From the human T2T-CHM13v2.0 reference genome, Homo sapiens, in the NCBI RefSeq assembly GCF_009914755.1, contig NC_060934.1: 64,000 bases of DNA; one strand, written 5' to 3'. The position numbers and the translations under genes are program-made. This document shows positions 12,253 to 32,180 of the stretch, piece after piece. The notes beneath the pieces were generated by a model that saw only the letters and a list, made by a program, of their open reading frames with translations, was not told the DNA's origin and searched no databases. The first letter of the stretch is position 1. Every line of letters starts with the position of its first letter.

Positions 12253-14533
12253 TGTATTAGTTCACTTTCATGCTGCTGATAACAACGTACTCGAAAATGA
12301 GAAGAAAAAGAGGTTTAATTGGACTTACACTTCCACATGGCTGGGGAGGCCTCAGAATCATGGTAGGAGGCAAAAGCACTTCTCACATGGCGGCAGCAAG
12401 ACAAAAAGAGGAGGAAGGAAAAGTGGAAACCCCTGATAAACCTGTAAGATCTCTTGAGACGTATTCACTATCACAAGAATAGCACAGGAAAGACTGGCCC
12501 CCATGATTCAATTGCCCTCCCCTGGGTTTCTCCCACAATTGATGGGAATTCTGGGAGACACAATTCAAATTGAGATTTGGGTGGGGACAGAGCCAAACCA
12601 TGTAATTCCTCCCCTGGCCCCTCTGAATCTCATGTCCTCACATTTCAAAACCAATCATGCCTTCCCAACAGTCCCCCAAAGTCTTAACTCATTTCAGCAT
12701 TAACCCAAAAGTCCACAGTCCAAAGTCTCATCTGAGACAAGGCAAGTCCCTTCCACCTAGCAGGCTGTAAAATCAAAAGCAAGCTAGTTACTTCCCAGAT
12801 ACAATGGGAGTATGGGTATTGGGTAAATACACTTGTTCCAAATGGGAGAAATTGGCCAAAACAAACGGCTTACAGGGCCCATGCAAGTCTGAAATCCAGT
12901 GGGGCAGTCAAATTTTAAAGCTCCAAAATTATCTCCTTTGACCCCAGGCCTCATATCCAGGTCACACTGATACAAGAGGTGGGTTCCCATGGTGTTGGGC
13001 AGCTCTGCCCCTGTGGCTATGCAGGGTACAGCCCCCCTCCTGGCTGTTTCATGGGCTAGCATTGAGTGTCTGCAGCTTTTCCAGGCATACAGTGCAAGCC
13101 GTAGGTGGATCTACCATTCTGGGGTCTTGAGGACAGTGGCCCTCTTCTCACAGCTACCCTGGGCAGTGCCCCAGTAGGGACTCTGTGTGGGGGCTCCAAC
13201 CCCACATTTCCCTTCCACACTGCCCTAGCAGAGGTTCTCCGTGAGGGTCCCATGACTGCAGCAAACTTTTCCTGGGCATCCAGGTGTTTCCATACATCTT
13301 CTGAAATCTAGGTGGAGGTTCCCAAACCTCAATTCTTGACTTCTGTGTACCCACAGGCTCAACACCAGATGGCAGTTGCCAAGGCTTAGGGCTTCTACCC
13401 TCTTAAGCCACAGCCCAAGCTGCATGTTGGCCCCTCTCAGCCATGGCTAGAGCAGCTAGGACACAGGGTACCATGTCTTTAGGCTGGACACAGCATGAGG
13501 ACCCTGGGCCCAGCCCACGAAACCACTTTTTCCTCCTGGGCCTCCAGGCCTGTGATGGGAGGGGCTGCTGTGAAGACCTCCAACATGTCCTGGAGACATT
13601 TCCCCATGGTCTTGGGGATTAACATTAGACTCCTTGCTACTTATGCAAATTTCTGCAGCTGGCTTGAATTTCCCCCCAGAAAACTAGTTTTTCTTTTCTA
13701 TCACATAGTCAGGCTGCAAATTTTCCAAATTCTTATGCTCTGTTTCCCTTTTAAAACTGAATGCCTTTAGCAGTACCCAAGGCACCTCTTGAATGCTTAA
13801 ATGCTTAGAAATTTCTTCTGCCAGATACCCTAAATAATCTTTCTCAAGTTCAAAGTTCCACAAATATCTATGGCAAGGGCAAAATGCCACCAGTCTCTTT
13901 CCTAAAACATAACAAGAGTCACCTTTGCTTCAGTTCCCAACAAGTTCCTCATCTCCATCTGAGAGCACCTCAGCCGGAACCACACTGTTCATATCACTAT
14001 CAGCATTTTTGTCAAAGCCATTCAACAAGTTTCTAGTAAGTTTTGAACTTTCCCACATTTCCCTGTCTTCTTCTGAGCCCTCCAAACTGTTCCAGCCTCT
14101 GCCTGTAACCCAGTTCCATAGTCACTTCCACATTTTTGGGTATCTTTTCAGCAGTGCCCCACTCTACTGGTACCAATTTACTGTATTAGTTTGCTTTCAT
14201 GCTGCTGATAACAACATGCCCAAAAATGGGAAGAAAAAGATGTTTAATGGACTTACAGTTCCACATGGCTGGGGAGGCCTCAGAATCATGGCAGGAGGTG
14301 AAAGGCACTCGACACATGGCGGTGGCAAGAGAAAATGAGGAGGAAGCAAAAGCAGAAACCCTTGATGAACCCATCAGATCTCTTGAGACTTATTAACTAT
14401 CACAAGAATAGCACAGGAAAGACCAGCCCCCATGATTCAGTTACCTCCCCTGGGTTCCTCTTACAACACATAGGAATTCCAGGAGATACACTTCAACTTA
14501 GGATTTGGGTGGGGCCACAGCCAAACCATATCA
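12253..14533 (-). mobile_element. Full-length THE1A provirus (ERVL-MaLR): LTR 12253-12605, internal 12606-14181, LTR 14182-14533
   Basis: Two matching LTRs sharing the variant 'gctgataacaac'; 5-bp TSD CTACA at 12248-12252 and 14534-14538; polypurine tract next to the left LTR on the minus strand. Confidence 0.93.
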
Positions 14534-14629
14534 CTACAATTATAATATAATATATTATATTCATATTATTATATTATATATCTATAAATATTATATACAT
14601 ATTACATTCATATAATATGGTATTCATAT

Positions 14630-15180
14630 ACACAATGAGAATGAAATAATGAACTATGGATAAATTCCACAGAAACATAACGTTAAGAGAGCCAAATGCA
14701 AAAGAGTATACACTATATTCTTCTCTTAATATAGAGCACAAAAATAAACTCATGTATGCTGTCAGAAGTCAGGATAGTGGTTTTTCCCTGAGCACTGATA
14801 CTCGGAAAGGTGCACAAGAGGATTCCTGGGGTGCGACAATGCTCTTATTTCAATTTCACATGTAATATTCAGCACAATAGACTAGATGCTAAGCCATAAA
14901 ACAAGTATCAATAAATTTTTTTAAATTGAAGTTGAAGTATGTTCTCTGATCATAATAGAATTAAATTAGAAAATAATTTTTAAAATCTTTAAAATCTCCA
15001 AATATTTAAAATGTAAATAACACACTTCTAAATTACCTATGTGTCAAAGAAGAAATCACAAAAGAAATGAGAAAAATGTTGAGTTGTTGTTACATAGAGG
15101 TGTCAGTGTATGAAGATTTATTGATCTGACAGTAAGGTGCACGTTTTTTATATCTATTTATATATAAAACTTTATAAGTT
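14630..15180 (+). mobile_element. Old L1M fragments (L1ME-like 3' piece plus ORF2 endonuclease-region piece at about 14865-15085)
   Basis: 'agaagtcaggatagtgg' 3'UTR motif; 'agccataaaacaag...gtatgttctctgatcataatagaattaaattagaaa' ORF2 motif. Confidence 0.6.
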
Positions 15181-15736
15181 TAATTTTTAAAAGTTATATA
15201 AGCTATTTATATGGGACAGTCACAAGATGCTGCCCATAGTCATTTATTTCTGCTCCCCCTTTGAGAGACTGAATTGTTTTTCATGTTCTCTTACTTCTCT
15301 TCTTCCTTCCTTTTTCTCAGCCACCATTACCACCTTTGTCATTTAATACAGAATATTTTTTACCTAGTCAATTAACTTTTCACAGATCAAATTTAATTGA
15401 CAGGATTCTAAAATATAATATATTTCAACAATTACTTTGAGTAAGATTATAAACTATGGATTAAAGTAAGCAACTACCTATCTTGACCATAATTTTCTTT
15501 TTTCTTCTTTCTTTATTTATTTATTATTATTATACTTTAAGTTTTAGGGTACATGTGCACAATGTGCAGGTTAGTTACATACGTATACACATGCCACGCT
15601 GGTGCGCTGCACCCACTAACTCGTCATCTAGCATTAGGTATATCTCCCAATGCTATTCCTCCCCCCTCCCCCCACCCCACAACAGTCCCCAGAGGGTGAT
15701 GTTCCCCTTCCTGTGTCCATGTGTTCTTCTCAGTGT

Positions 15737-19564
<3,828 letters not shown>

Positions 19565-19627
19565 TATGATGTTAGCTGGTAATTTTGCTCATTAGTTGAT
19601 GCAGTTTCTTCCTAGTCTCGATGGTCT

Positions 19628-20644
19628 TTACATTTTGGCATGATTTTGCAGTGGCTGGTACCAGTTGTTCCTTTCCATGTTTAGCGCTTCCTTCAGGAGC
19701 TCTTTTAGGGCAGGCCTGGTGGTGACAAAATCTCTCAGCATTTGCTTGTCTGTAAAGTATTTTATTTCTCCTTCACTTATGAAGCTTAGTTTGGCTGGAT
19801 ATGAAATTCTGGGTTGAAAATTCTTTTCTTTAAGAATGTTGAATATTGGCCCCCATTCTCTTCTGGCTTATAGAGTTTCTGCCGAGAGATCCGCTGTTAG
19901 TCTGATGGGCTTCCCTTTGAGGGTAACCCGACCTTTCTCTCTGGCTGCCCTTAACATTTTTTCCTTCATTTTAACTTTGGTGAATCTGACAATTATGTGT
20001 CTTGGAGTTGCTCTTCTCGAGGAGTATCTTTGTGGTGTTCTCTGTATTTCCTGAATCTGAATGTTGGCCTGCCTTGCTAGATTGGGGAAGTTCTCCTGGA
20101 TAATATCCTGCAGAGTGTTTTCCAACTTGGTTCCATTCTCCCTGTCGCTTTCAGGTACACCAATCAAACGTTGATTTGGTCTTTTCACATAGTCCCATAT
20201 TTCTTGGAGGCTTTGCTCATTTCTTTTTATTCTTTTTTCTCTAAACTTCCCTTCTCACTTCATTTCATTTATTTCATCTTCCATTGCTGATACCCTTTCT
20301 TCCAGTTGATCGCATCAGCTCCTGAGGCTTCTGCATTCTTCACGTAGTTCTCAAGCCTTGATTTTCAGCTCCATCAGCTCCTTTAAGCACTTCTCTGTAT
20401 TGATTATTCTAGTTATACATTCTCTAAAATTTTTTTCAAAGTTTTCAACTTCTTTGCCTTTGGTTTTAATGTCCTCCCGTAGCTCGGAGTAATTTGATCA
20501 CCTGAAGCCTTCTTCTCTCAGCTCATCAAAGTCATTCTCCATCCAGCTTTGTTCCGTTGCTGGTGAGGAACTGCATTCCCTTGGAGGAGGAGAGGCACTG
20601 TGCTTTTTAGAGTTTCCAGTTTTTCTGTTCTGTTTTTTCCCCAT
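19628..20644 (-). pseudogene. L1 ORF1, disrupted
   Basis: ORF1 peptide '...LIGVPESDRENGTKLENTLQDIIQENFPNLARQ...'; premature stop at 19868-19870 and upstream indels. Confidence 0.93.
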
Positions 20645-21099
20645 CTTTGTGGTTTTATCTACTTTTGGTCTTTGATGATGGTGATGTACAGATGGGTTTT
20701 TGGTGTGGATGTCCTTTCTGTTTGTTAGTTTCCCTTCTAACAGACAGGACCCTCAGCTGCAGGTCTGTTGGAGTACCCTGCCATGTGAGGTGTCAGTCTG
20801 CTCCTGCTGGAGGGTGCCTCCCAGCTAGGCTGCTCAGGGGTCAGGGGTCAGGGACCCACTTGAGGAGGCAGTCTGCCTGTTCTCAGATCTCCAGCTGCAT
20901 ACTGGGAGAACCACTGCTCTCTTCAAAGCTGTCAGACAGGGACATTTAAGTCTGCAGAGGTTACTGCTGTCTTTTTGTTTGTCTGTGCCCTGCCCCCAGA
21001 GGTGGAGCCTACAGAGGCAGGCAGGCCTCCTTGAGCTGTGGTGGGATCCACCCAGTTGGAGCTTCCCGGCTGCTTTGTTTACCTAAGCAAGCCTGGGCA

Positions 21100-21408
21100 A
21101 TGGCGGGCGCCCCTCCCCCAGCCTCGCTGCCGCCTTGCAGTTTGATCTCAGACTGCTGTGCTAGCAATCAGCGAGACTCCGTGGGCATAGGACCCTCCAA
21201 GCCAGGTGCGGGATATAATCTCGTGGTGTGCCGTTTCTTAAGCCCGTCAGAAAAGCGCAATATTTGGGTGGGAGTGACCCGATTTTCCAGGTGCTGTCTG
21301 TCACCCCTTTCTTTGACTAGGAAAGGGAACTCCCTGGCCCCTTGCACTTCCCAAGTGAGGCAATGCCTCACCCTGCTTTGGCTCGCGCATGGTGCGCGCA
21401 CCCACTGA
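21100..21408 (+). CDS. L1 antisense ORF0, open (102 aa)
   Basis: MAGAPPPASLPPCSLISDCCASNQRDSVG... is the ORF0 N-terminus; ATG at 21100 in 'gcaATGg' context; expression unknown. Confidence 0.6.
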   Translation: MAGAPPPASLPPCSLISDCCASNQRDSVGIGPSKPGAGYNLVVCRFLSPSEKRNIWVGVTRFSRCCLSPLSLTRKGNSLAPCTSQVRQCLTLLWLAHGARTH

Positions 21409-21864
21409 CCTGCTCCCACTGTCTGGCACTCCCTAGTGAGATGAACCTGGTACCTCAGATGGAAATGCAGAAATCACCCATCTTCTATGTCGCTCACGCT
21501 GGAGCTGTAGACCGGAGCTGTTCCTATTCAGCCATCTTCTTGACCATAATTTTCAAATTTCTTTATGACATAATAAATCATTTCTAAATTTTAACCATGG
21601 ATAAAATTAAATTATCTGTCTACAAAGGTAACATTATCTAGAAGTTGTAGGTTTTTCTCTGGTCATTTTTAAACATACAGTTCTACATAATATTAGAGCC
21701 AAAGGCAAGTAATCTGGACCTCTTCTTTTAACTGCTTTCAGTGGACAAATACTTAAAAATGAAAAATGTTGATACCAAGAAGCAATTCTTTTTAGCAAAG
21801 AACCAGTTGAAAGCACTGGATTTGCAGTGATCTCTAAATATGGGTTAGTGTTAGGTTAGTCTTT

Positions 21865-22065
21865 AATGAAAATTAAAACAGCATATCAAAATATGTATGA
21901 TGCATTTGAAGAAGTGTTTATAGAACATATTAGAACCTTAAATGCTTACATTAAAAAAGAATAAAGGTATAAAAATCAATTATCTAAATTTCCATCTAAA
22001 GAAAGTAGAAAAAAATAAAGCAAATTAACCCCAAGGTAAAATTAAGAAAAAAATAGGCATATAGA
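21865..22065 (+). mobile_element. Old L1M ORF2 fragment
   Basis: 'aacagcatatcaaaatatgtatgatgca...ttaaatgcttacattaaaaaaga' continues collinearly from the 14865-15085 piece. Confidence 0.6.
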
Positions 22066-22083
22066 TACAATGGAATTGATGTA

Positions 22084-25000
22084 AAAGAATTTTACATCCA
22101 GCCAAACGAAGCTTCATATGCAAAAATAAATAAATAAATAAATAAATAATTTTCAGATAAGCAAACGCTAAAAGAATTTGTTACCATCAGACCTTCCCTA
22201 CAAGAGATCCTTAAGGGAGTGCTTAACAAGGAAACAAAAGACTGTTACCTGCCATGAAAAAACACACTTAAGTACACCGTTCACTGACACTATAAAGCAA
22301 CTACACAATCAAGTCTACATAACATCCAGCTAACAATCCAATGACAGAATCAAATCCTCCCATATCAATATTAACCTTGAATGTAAATGGACCAAATGTC
22401 TCACTTAAAAGACACAGATTGGCAAGTCAGATAAAGGAGCAAGACCCAACTATATGCTGTCTTCAAGAGACCTATCTGACATACAATGACACACATAGGC
22501 TCAAAGCAAAGGGATAGAGAAAGATCAGTCAAGCAAATGGAAAAAAAAACAGGACTTGCTATTCTTATTTCTGACAAAACAGACTTTAAACCAACAATAA
22601 TAAAAAAAGGACAAAGAAGGATATTACATAATGATAAAGGGTTAATTCAATAAGAAGACTTAACTTTCCTAAATATACATGCACCTAACACTGGAGCACC
22701 CAGATCCATAAAACAAGTTCTTAGAGACCTTACAAAGAAACTTAGATAACCACACAATGATAGTGGAAGACTTCAACACCCCACCTGACAGTGTTAGAGC
22801 ATCAAGGTAGAAAACTAATGAAGATATTCAGCAACTAAACTTGACACTTGCCTAAACGGAACTAAAAGACATCTACAGAATACAGCACCCCAAAAAATAT
22901 ACATCCTTCTCATCTGCACACAGCACATACTCTAAAACTGACCACATGCTCAGCCATAAAGCAATTCTAAACAAATTCAAAAAAGCTGAAATCATACCAA
23001 ACACACTCTTGGACCACAGCACAATAAAAATAGAAATCACTACCAAGATCTCTCAAAATCATAAAATTACATGGAAATTAAACAACCTGCTCCTGAATGA
23101 CTTTTGGATTAAAAAAAATAAAATTAAGGCAGAAACAAAAAAAATTCTTTGAAGCTAATGAAAACAAAATTAAAACATACCAGAATTTCTGAGATACAGC
23201 TAAAGCAGTGTTAAGAGGAAGCTTATAGCACTAAATGTCCACAAGAAGAAGTTAGAAAGATCTCAAATTAACAACCTAACATCACACGTAAAGAAACTAG
23301 AAAAACAAGACCAAAACAACCCCAAAGCTAGCAGAAGAAAAGTAACCAAAATTAGAAGTGAACTGAACAAAATTGAGACGTGAAAATCCACTAAAAAGAA
23401 TGATGCAACCAAAAGTTGTTTTTTGAAAGAATAAATAAGGTTGATAGACCACTAGCTAGATTAATAAAGAAAAAAAGAGAGAAGATGCCAATAAACACAA
23501 TTAGAATGACAAAGGTGACATTACCACTGACCCCATAGAAACACCAAAAAAATCCTCAGAGACTATTATGAACACCTCTATACACACAAACTAGAAAGCC
23601 TACAAAAAATCAATACATTCTGGGAAACATACACTCTCCCAAGATTGAACAAGGAAGGAACTGAAATCCTGAACAGAACAAAAATGAGCTCCAAAATTGA
23701 ATTGGTAACAAAAAACATATGAACTAGAAAAAGCCCTGGACCACATGGATTCACAGCCAAATTCTGTCACATGTATAAAGAGCTGGCACCAATCCTTCTG
23801 AAATTATTTCAAAGTATGAAGGAGGAGGGACTCCTCTCTAACTCATTCTATGAGGCCAGTATTATTTTGATACCAAAACCTGGCAGATACACATACAAAA
23901 AAGAAAATTTCAGTCCAATATCCCTGGTGAACATAGACACAAAAATTGTCAACAAAACACAAGCAAATCAAATCCAGCAGCACATCAAAAAGTTAACTCA
24001 CCAATACCAAGTAGGTTTTATTCCTGGGTTGCAAAGTTGGCTCAACATATGCAAATCAATCAATGTGATTCATCACATAAAGAGAACTAAAAGCAAAAAC
24101 CATATTATCATTTCTACAGATGAAGAAAAGCCTTTCAATAAAATTCAACATCCCTTCATGTTAACCATCAACAAACCAGGTACTGAAGGAACATACTTCA
24201 AAATGATAAGAGCCATATATGACAAACCCACAGCCAACATCACAATGAATGGGAAAAAGCTGAAAGCATTCCCTGGAGAACCAGAACAAGACAAGGATGC
24301 TCACTCTTACCACTCCCTATTCAACATGGTACCAGAAGTCCTAGCCAGAGCAATCAGGCAAGAGAAAGAAATAAAAGGCAACCAAATAGGAAGACAGAAA
24401 AACAAACTATCTCTTTTGTAGAAGATATGAATCTATACCTAGAAAACCCCATAGTATCTGCCCACAGGCCCTTAAAACAACTTCAATAAAGTTTCAGGAT
24501 ACAAAATGAATGTACAAAAATCACTAGCATTTCTCTACACCAATAACATCCAAGCTGAGAGCCAAATCAAGAGTGCAATTCTATTCACAATTGCCACAAA
24601 AAGAATAAAATACCTAGGAATACAGCTAACCAGGGAGGTGAAAGATCTCTACAACAAGAATTACAAAACACTGCTGAAAGAAACCAAAGACAATACAAAC
24701 AAATAGAAAAACATTTCATGCTCATGGATAGGAAGAATCAGTATTGCTAAAATGGCCATATTGCCCTAAGCAATTTACAGATTCAATGCTATTCCTATCA
24801 AACTACCAATACAATTTCTCACGGAATTAGAAAAAGCTGTTTTAAAATTTATATGGAACCAAAGAATAGCCCAAATAGCCAAAGCTATCCTAAGCAATAA
24901 GTACAAAGCTGGAGGCATCACACTGCCTAACTTCAAGTTATACTTCAAGGCTACAGTAACCAAACCAGCATGACACTGGTACAAATACAGACACACGGGC

Positions 25001-26295
25001 CAATGGAACAGGTTAGAGAACACAGAAATAAAGCTGTACACCTACAACCATCTGATCTTCAACAAAGTCAACAATAACAAGCAACGCAGAAGATTCAAAC
25101 TGGACCCCTTCCTTTCACTATATACAAAAATCAACTCAAGATGGATTAAAGACTTATACGTAAGACCTAAAACCATAAAAAACCCTAGAAGAAAACCTAG
25201 GAAATACCATTTTGGACAAAAGCCTTGGCAAAAATTTCATGACAAAGTTTCCAAAAGCAATTGCTACAAAAACAAAAATAGATAAGTGACACCTACTAAA
25301 GAGCTTCTGTGTAGAAAAAAAAAAACACTTTCAACAGAATAAAATACAACCTACAGAATGGGAGAAACTATTTGCAAACTATGCATCCTACAAAAGTTTA
25401 ACATCCAGAATCTGTAAGGAACTTAAATCGACAAGCAAAATCAATCAACTTCATTAAAAAATGGGCAAAAGATATGAATGGACACTTCTGAAAAGAAGAC
25501 ATACATGCAACCAACAAGCATATGAAAAAATGCTCAACATCACTAATCATCAGAGAAATGGAAATCAAAACCACAATGAGATGCCATCTGACACTACTCA
25601 GAATGGCTATTATTAAAACGTTAGAAAATAACAAATGTTTACAAGGTTGCAGAGAAAAGAGAACACTTATACACTGCTGGTGGGAATGTAAATGAGCTCA
25701 GCTACTGTACAAAACAGTTTGGAGATTTCTCAAAGAACTTAAAATATAATATTTAACCAAGCAACCCCATTACTGGATACGTAACCAAAAGAATATAAAT
25801 TATTCTACCAAAATAAACATGCACTCATATGTTCATCACAGCATTAGTCACAATAGCAAAGACATGGAATCAACCTAGATGCCCATCAGTGGTTGACTGG
25901 ATAATGAACATATGACACATATACACCATGGAATATTACTTGGCCATAAAAAGCAAAATCATATCTTTTGCAGGAACGTGGATGCAGCTGGAGGCCATTA
26001 TCCTAAGCAAATTAGCACAGGAACAGAAAATCAAATACCACATGTTCTCACTTATACATGAAAGCTAAACACTGAGTACACATAGACACAAAGAGGGAAA
26101 CAATAAACACCAGGGCATACTTGAGAGTGGAGAGTAGGAGGAGGGTGAGGGTTGAAAAACTACCTACCTATCAGGTACTATGCTCAGTACCTGTGTGACT
26201 AAACCATTTCTACAACTAGTGACATGCAATTTATCCATTTATGTACCTCCACATGTACCTCCAAACCAAAAATAAAAGTGGGAAAAGAAAATTTT
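22084..26295 (+). mobile_element. 5'-truncated L1PA15/16-like LINE-1 (end of ORF1, decayed ORF2, 3'UTR)
   Basis: ORF2-like peptides at 22946-23152, 23771-24421 and 24506-24706; 3'UTR 'gagggtgagggttgaaaaactacctac...ggtactatgctc'. Confidence 0.85.
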
Positions 26296-27607
26296 AAAAA
26301 CATTCAAAGATCAATCAATATAATTTATTATTAATAATATATATTTATTTTTACATACTATTGATGTTAGCAGAATAAAATAGAAAATGTATATTATCAT
26401 TTTCTTAGATGCATAAGAAGTGTTTGACCAAATTCAACACCCATTCATTATAACAATTCTCAACAAACTAGAAATAGAGGAGAATTTCCTCAACCTGATG
26501 ACAAGGCATCTATGAAAATCCTACTGCTAACATTATACTAAATGATGAAAGGCTGAATGCTTCATCCATAAAACTGGGGACAACACAAGGATGTCCACCC
26601 TCACCACTGCTATTCAACATTGTGGTAGAGGTCCTAGCCAATGAAATAAGCCAAGAAAAACAAAGGGCATATAGATAGGAAAATGTGTTTATGCACAAAT
26701 GACATAATTGTGTATGTAGAAAACCCTAAGGAATCCCCCCAAAAAGCTACTAGAACTGAGCAGTGAGACTAACAAGTTTGTAGAATACAAGGTTGATATA
26801 CCTACAATTTTATGTCTATACACGAGTAATGAACAAAACAGTACTACCTACGATAGCATCAAAAACAATGAAACACTTAGAGATAAATTTATCAAAATGA
26901 GTGCAAGACTTGTCAAATGAAAACCATAAAACATTGCTGGAAAAAGTAAAGGAGCCATAAATAAATGGAAGAGACACCTATACTAATCTATAGATTCAAT
27001 GTAATCTTTAATTCCAGACAGGCTATTTTTGTATTCAGAAAAAAAAGCCAATTTCAAAATTTATATGGAAAGCAAAAGACTGGAAGAGTCTCAACAATTA
27101 GGAAAAAGAAATAATAAATACAGACGACCTACTCTACCCAATTTCAATACTTACTCCAAAGTTACAGTAAGTAAAGTATGTAGTGGCATAAACATAAATA
27201 TATAAATTAATGGAACAGAACAGAAAGTTCAAAAATAGATCCATACATTTATAGTCAGTTGACTTGGGGTATTTTGCTGAGGTAAAATGGGGAAATGATA
27301 CTGCTTTCAACATTGTTGCTGGAACAACTAGATATAAATATGAGGGAAAGTATCTTCACTCTTACCTCACACCATATATAAAACATTAACTTGAAATGGA
27401 TCATAGGGTTCTATGGCAAAGTTAATACTCAAAAACTTCTAGAAAAATAAAACTTAAGAAAAGATCTTTGTAACTTTGGATGGAAAATGATTTTTCAACT
27501 AGGATACAAAAAGCATAAATGATTTTTAAAAAGAAAAGAAAAACTGGACCTAATCAAAATTTAAAATTTTTGCTCATTGGAAGACATTAGTAAAAATAAA
27601 ACTGCAG

Positions 27608-28436
<829 letters not shown>

Positions 28437-28871
28437 AAATAAAAACCTGCAAGTAACAGACTGGAAGAAAATATGTACACTGCATACATCTGACAAAGAA
28501 ATTGTATTCAAAATTTTTTTAACTTACAAAACAATACTAAGACAAAAAAATTAAAAATGGCCAAATATTTAACAGACACTTCATAAAAGAAAATATGCAA
28601 ATGGCCAATAAGCACATGAAAAGATGCTCAACATTATTAGTTGCTAGAAAAATGCAAATTAAAACTGCAATGAGATACCAGTAAATACACACTACAGTGA
28701 CTAAAATTAAAAAGACCAAAAATACCATGTGTTGGTGAGGACATGAAGCAACTCTCATGATTGCTAGTAGGAATGTAAAACAGTACCATCATTTTTAAGA
28801 TCATTTGGCAGTTTGTTGAAAATTTAAATCTATACTTACCATATGATCCAGCAGTTTCACCTTTAGGTATT

Positions 28872-31460
<2,589 letters not shown>

Positions 31461-31911
31461 GTATTTATCTAGAAGAAATGAAAACATAGGTCTACAAACT
31501 AAGTCTTTTATCACAGAAACATTATTCATAATAGTAGCCAAAACTTGAAAACAATTCAAATGTCCATTAACAAGTAAATGCATAAACAAATTGTGATATG
31601 TTTATACAATAGAATACTACTTGGAAACAAAACCAAAAAAACTACTGGTATGTATAGCAACATGAATGAATCTCAGAAACCATATGTTGAACAAAGGGAG
31701 CCAGAAACAGAAGAGTATCTGCCATGCTGTTCATTCATTAAAAATTCCTGGATAGGCAAAACTAATCTACAGTGGTGAAAAGCAGTGGTTGCCTGGAGCT
31801 GGAGGTTGGAGGATTGAGTGCAAAGGGGCAGGAAAGGGTTTTGGGGGATAAAAATGTTCAATATCTTATTGTGCTGATAGTTACATGGGTGTCTATATCT
31901 GTCAAAACATT

Positions 31912-32180
31912 AGCACTTTGAGAGGCTGAGGTGGGCAGATCATTTGAGGTCAGGAGTTCAAGACCAGCCTAATCAACATGGTGAAGCCCATCTCTACTAA
32001 AAATACAAAAAATTAGCCAGGTGTAGTGGCACACACCTGTAATCTCAGCTACATGGGAGGCTAAAACACGAGAATTGCTTGAACTCAGGAGGTGGAGGTT
32101 GCAGTGAGCCCAGATCATACCACTGCACTCCAGTCTGGGCAACAGAGCAGTGAGACTTTGTCTCAAAAAAAAAAAAAAAA
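31912..32180 (+). mobile_element. AluS, slightly 5'-truncated
   Basis: 'agcactttgagaggctgagg...' through an A16 tail. Confidence 0.92.
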
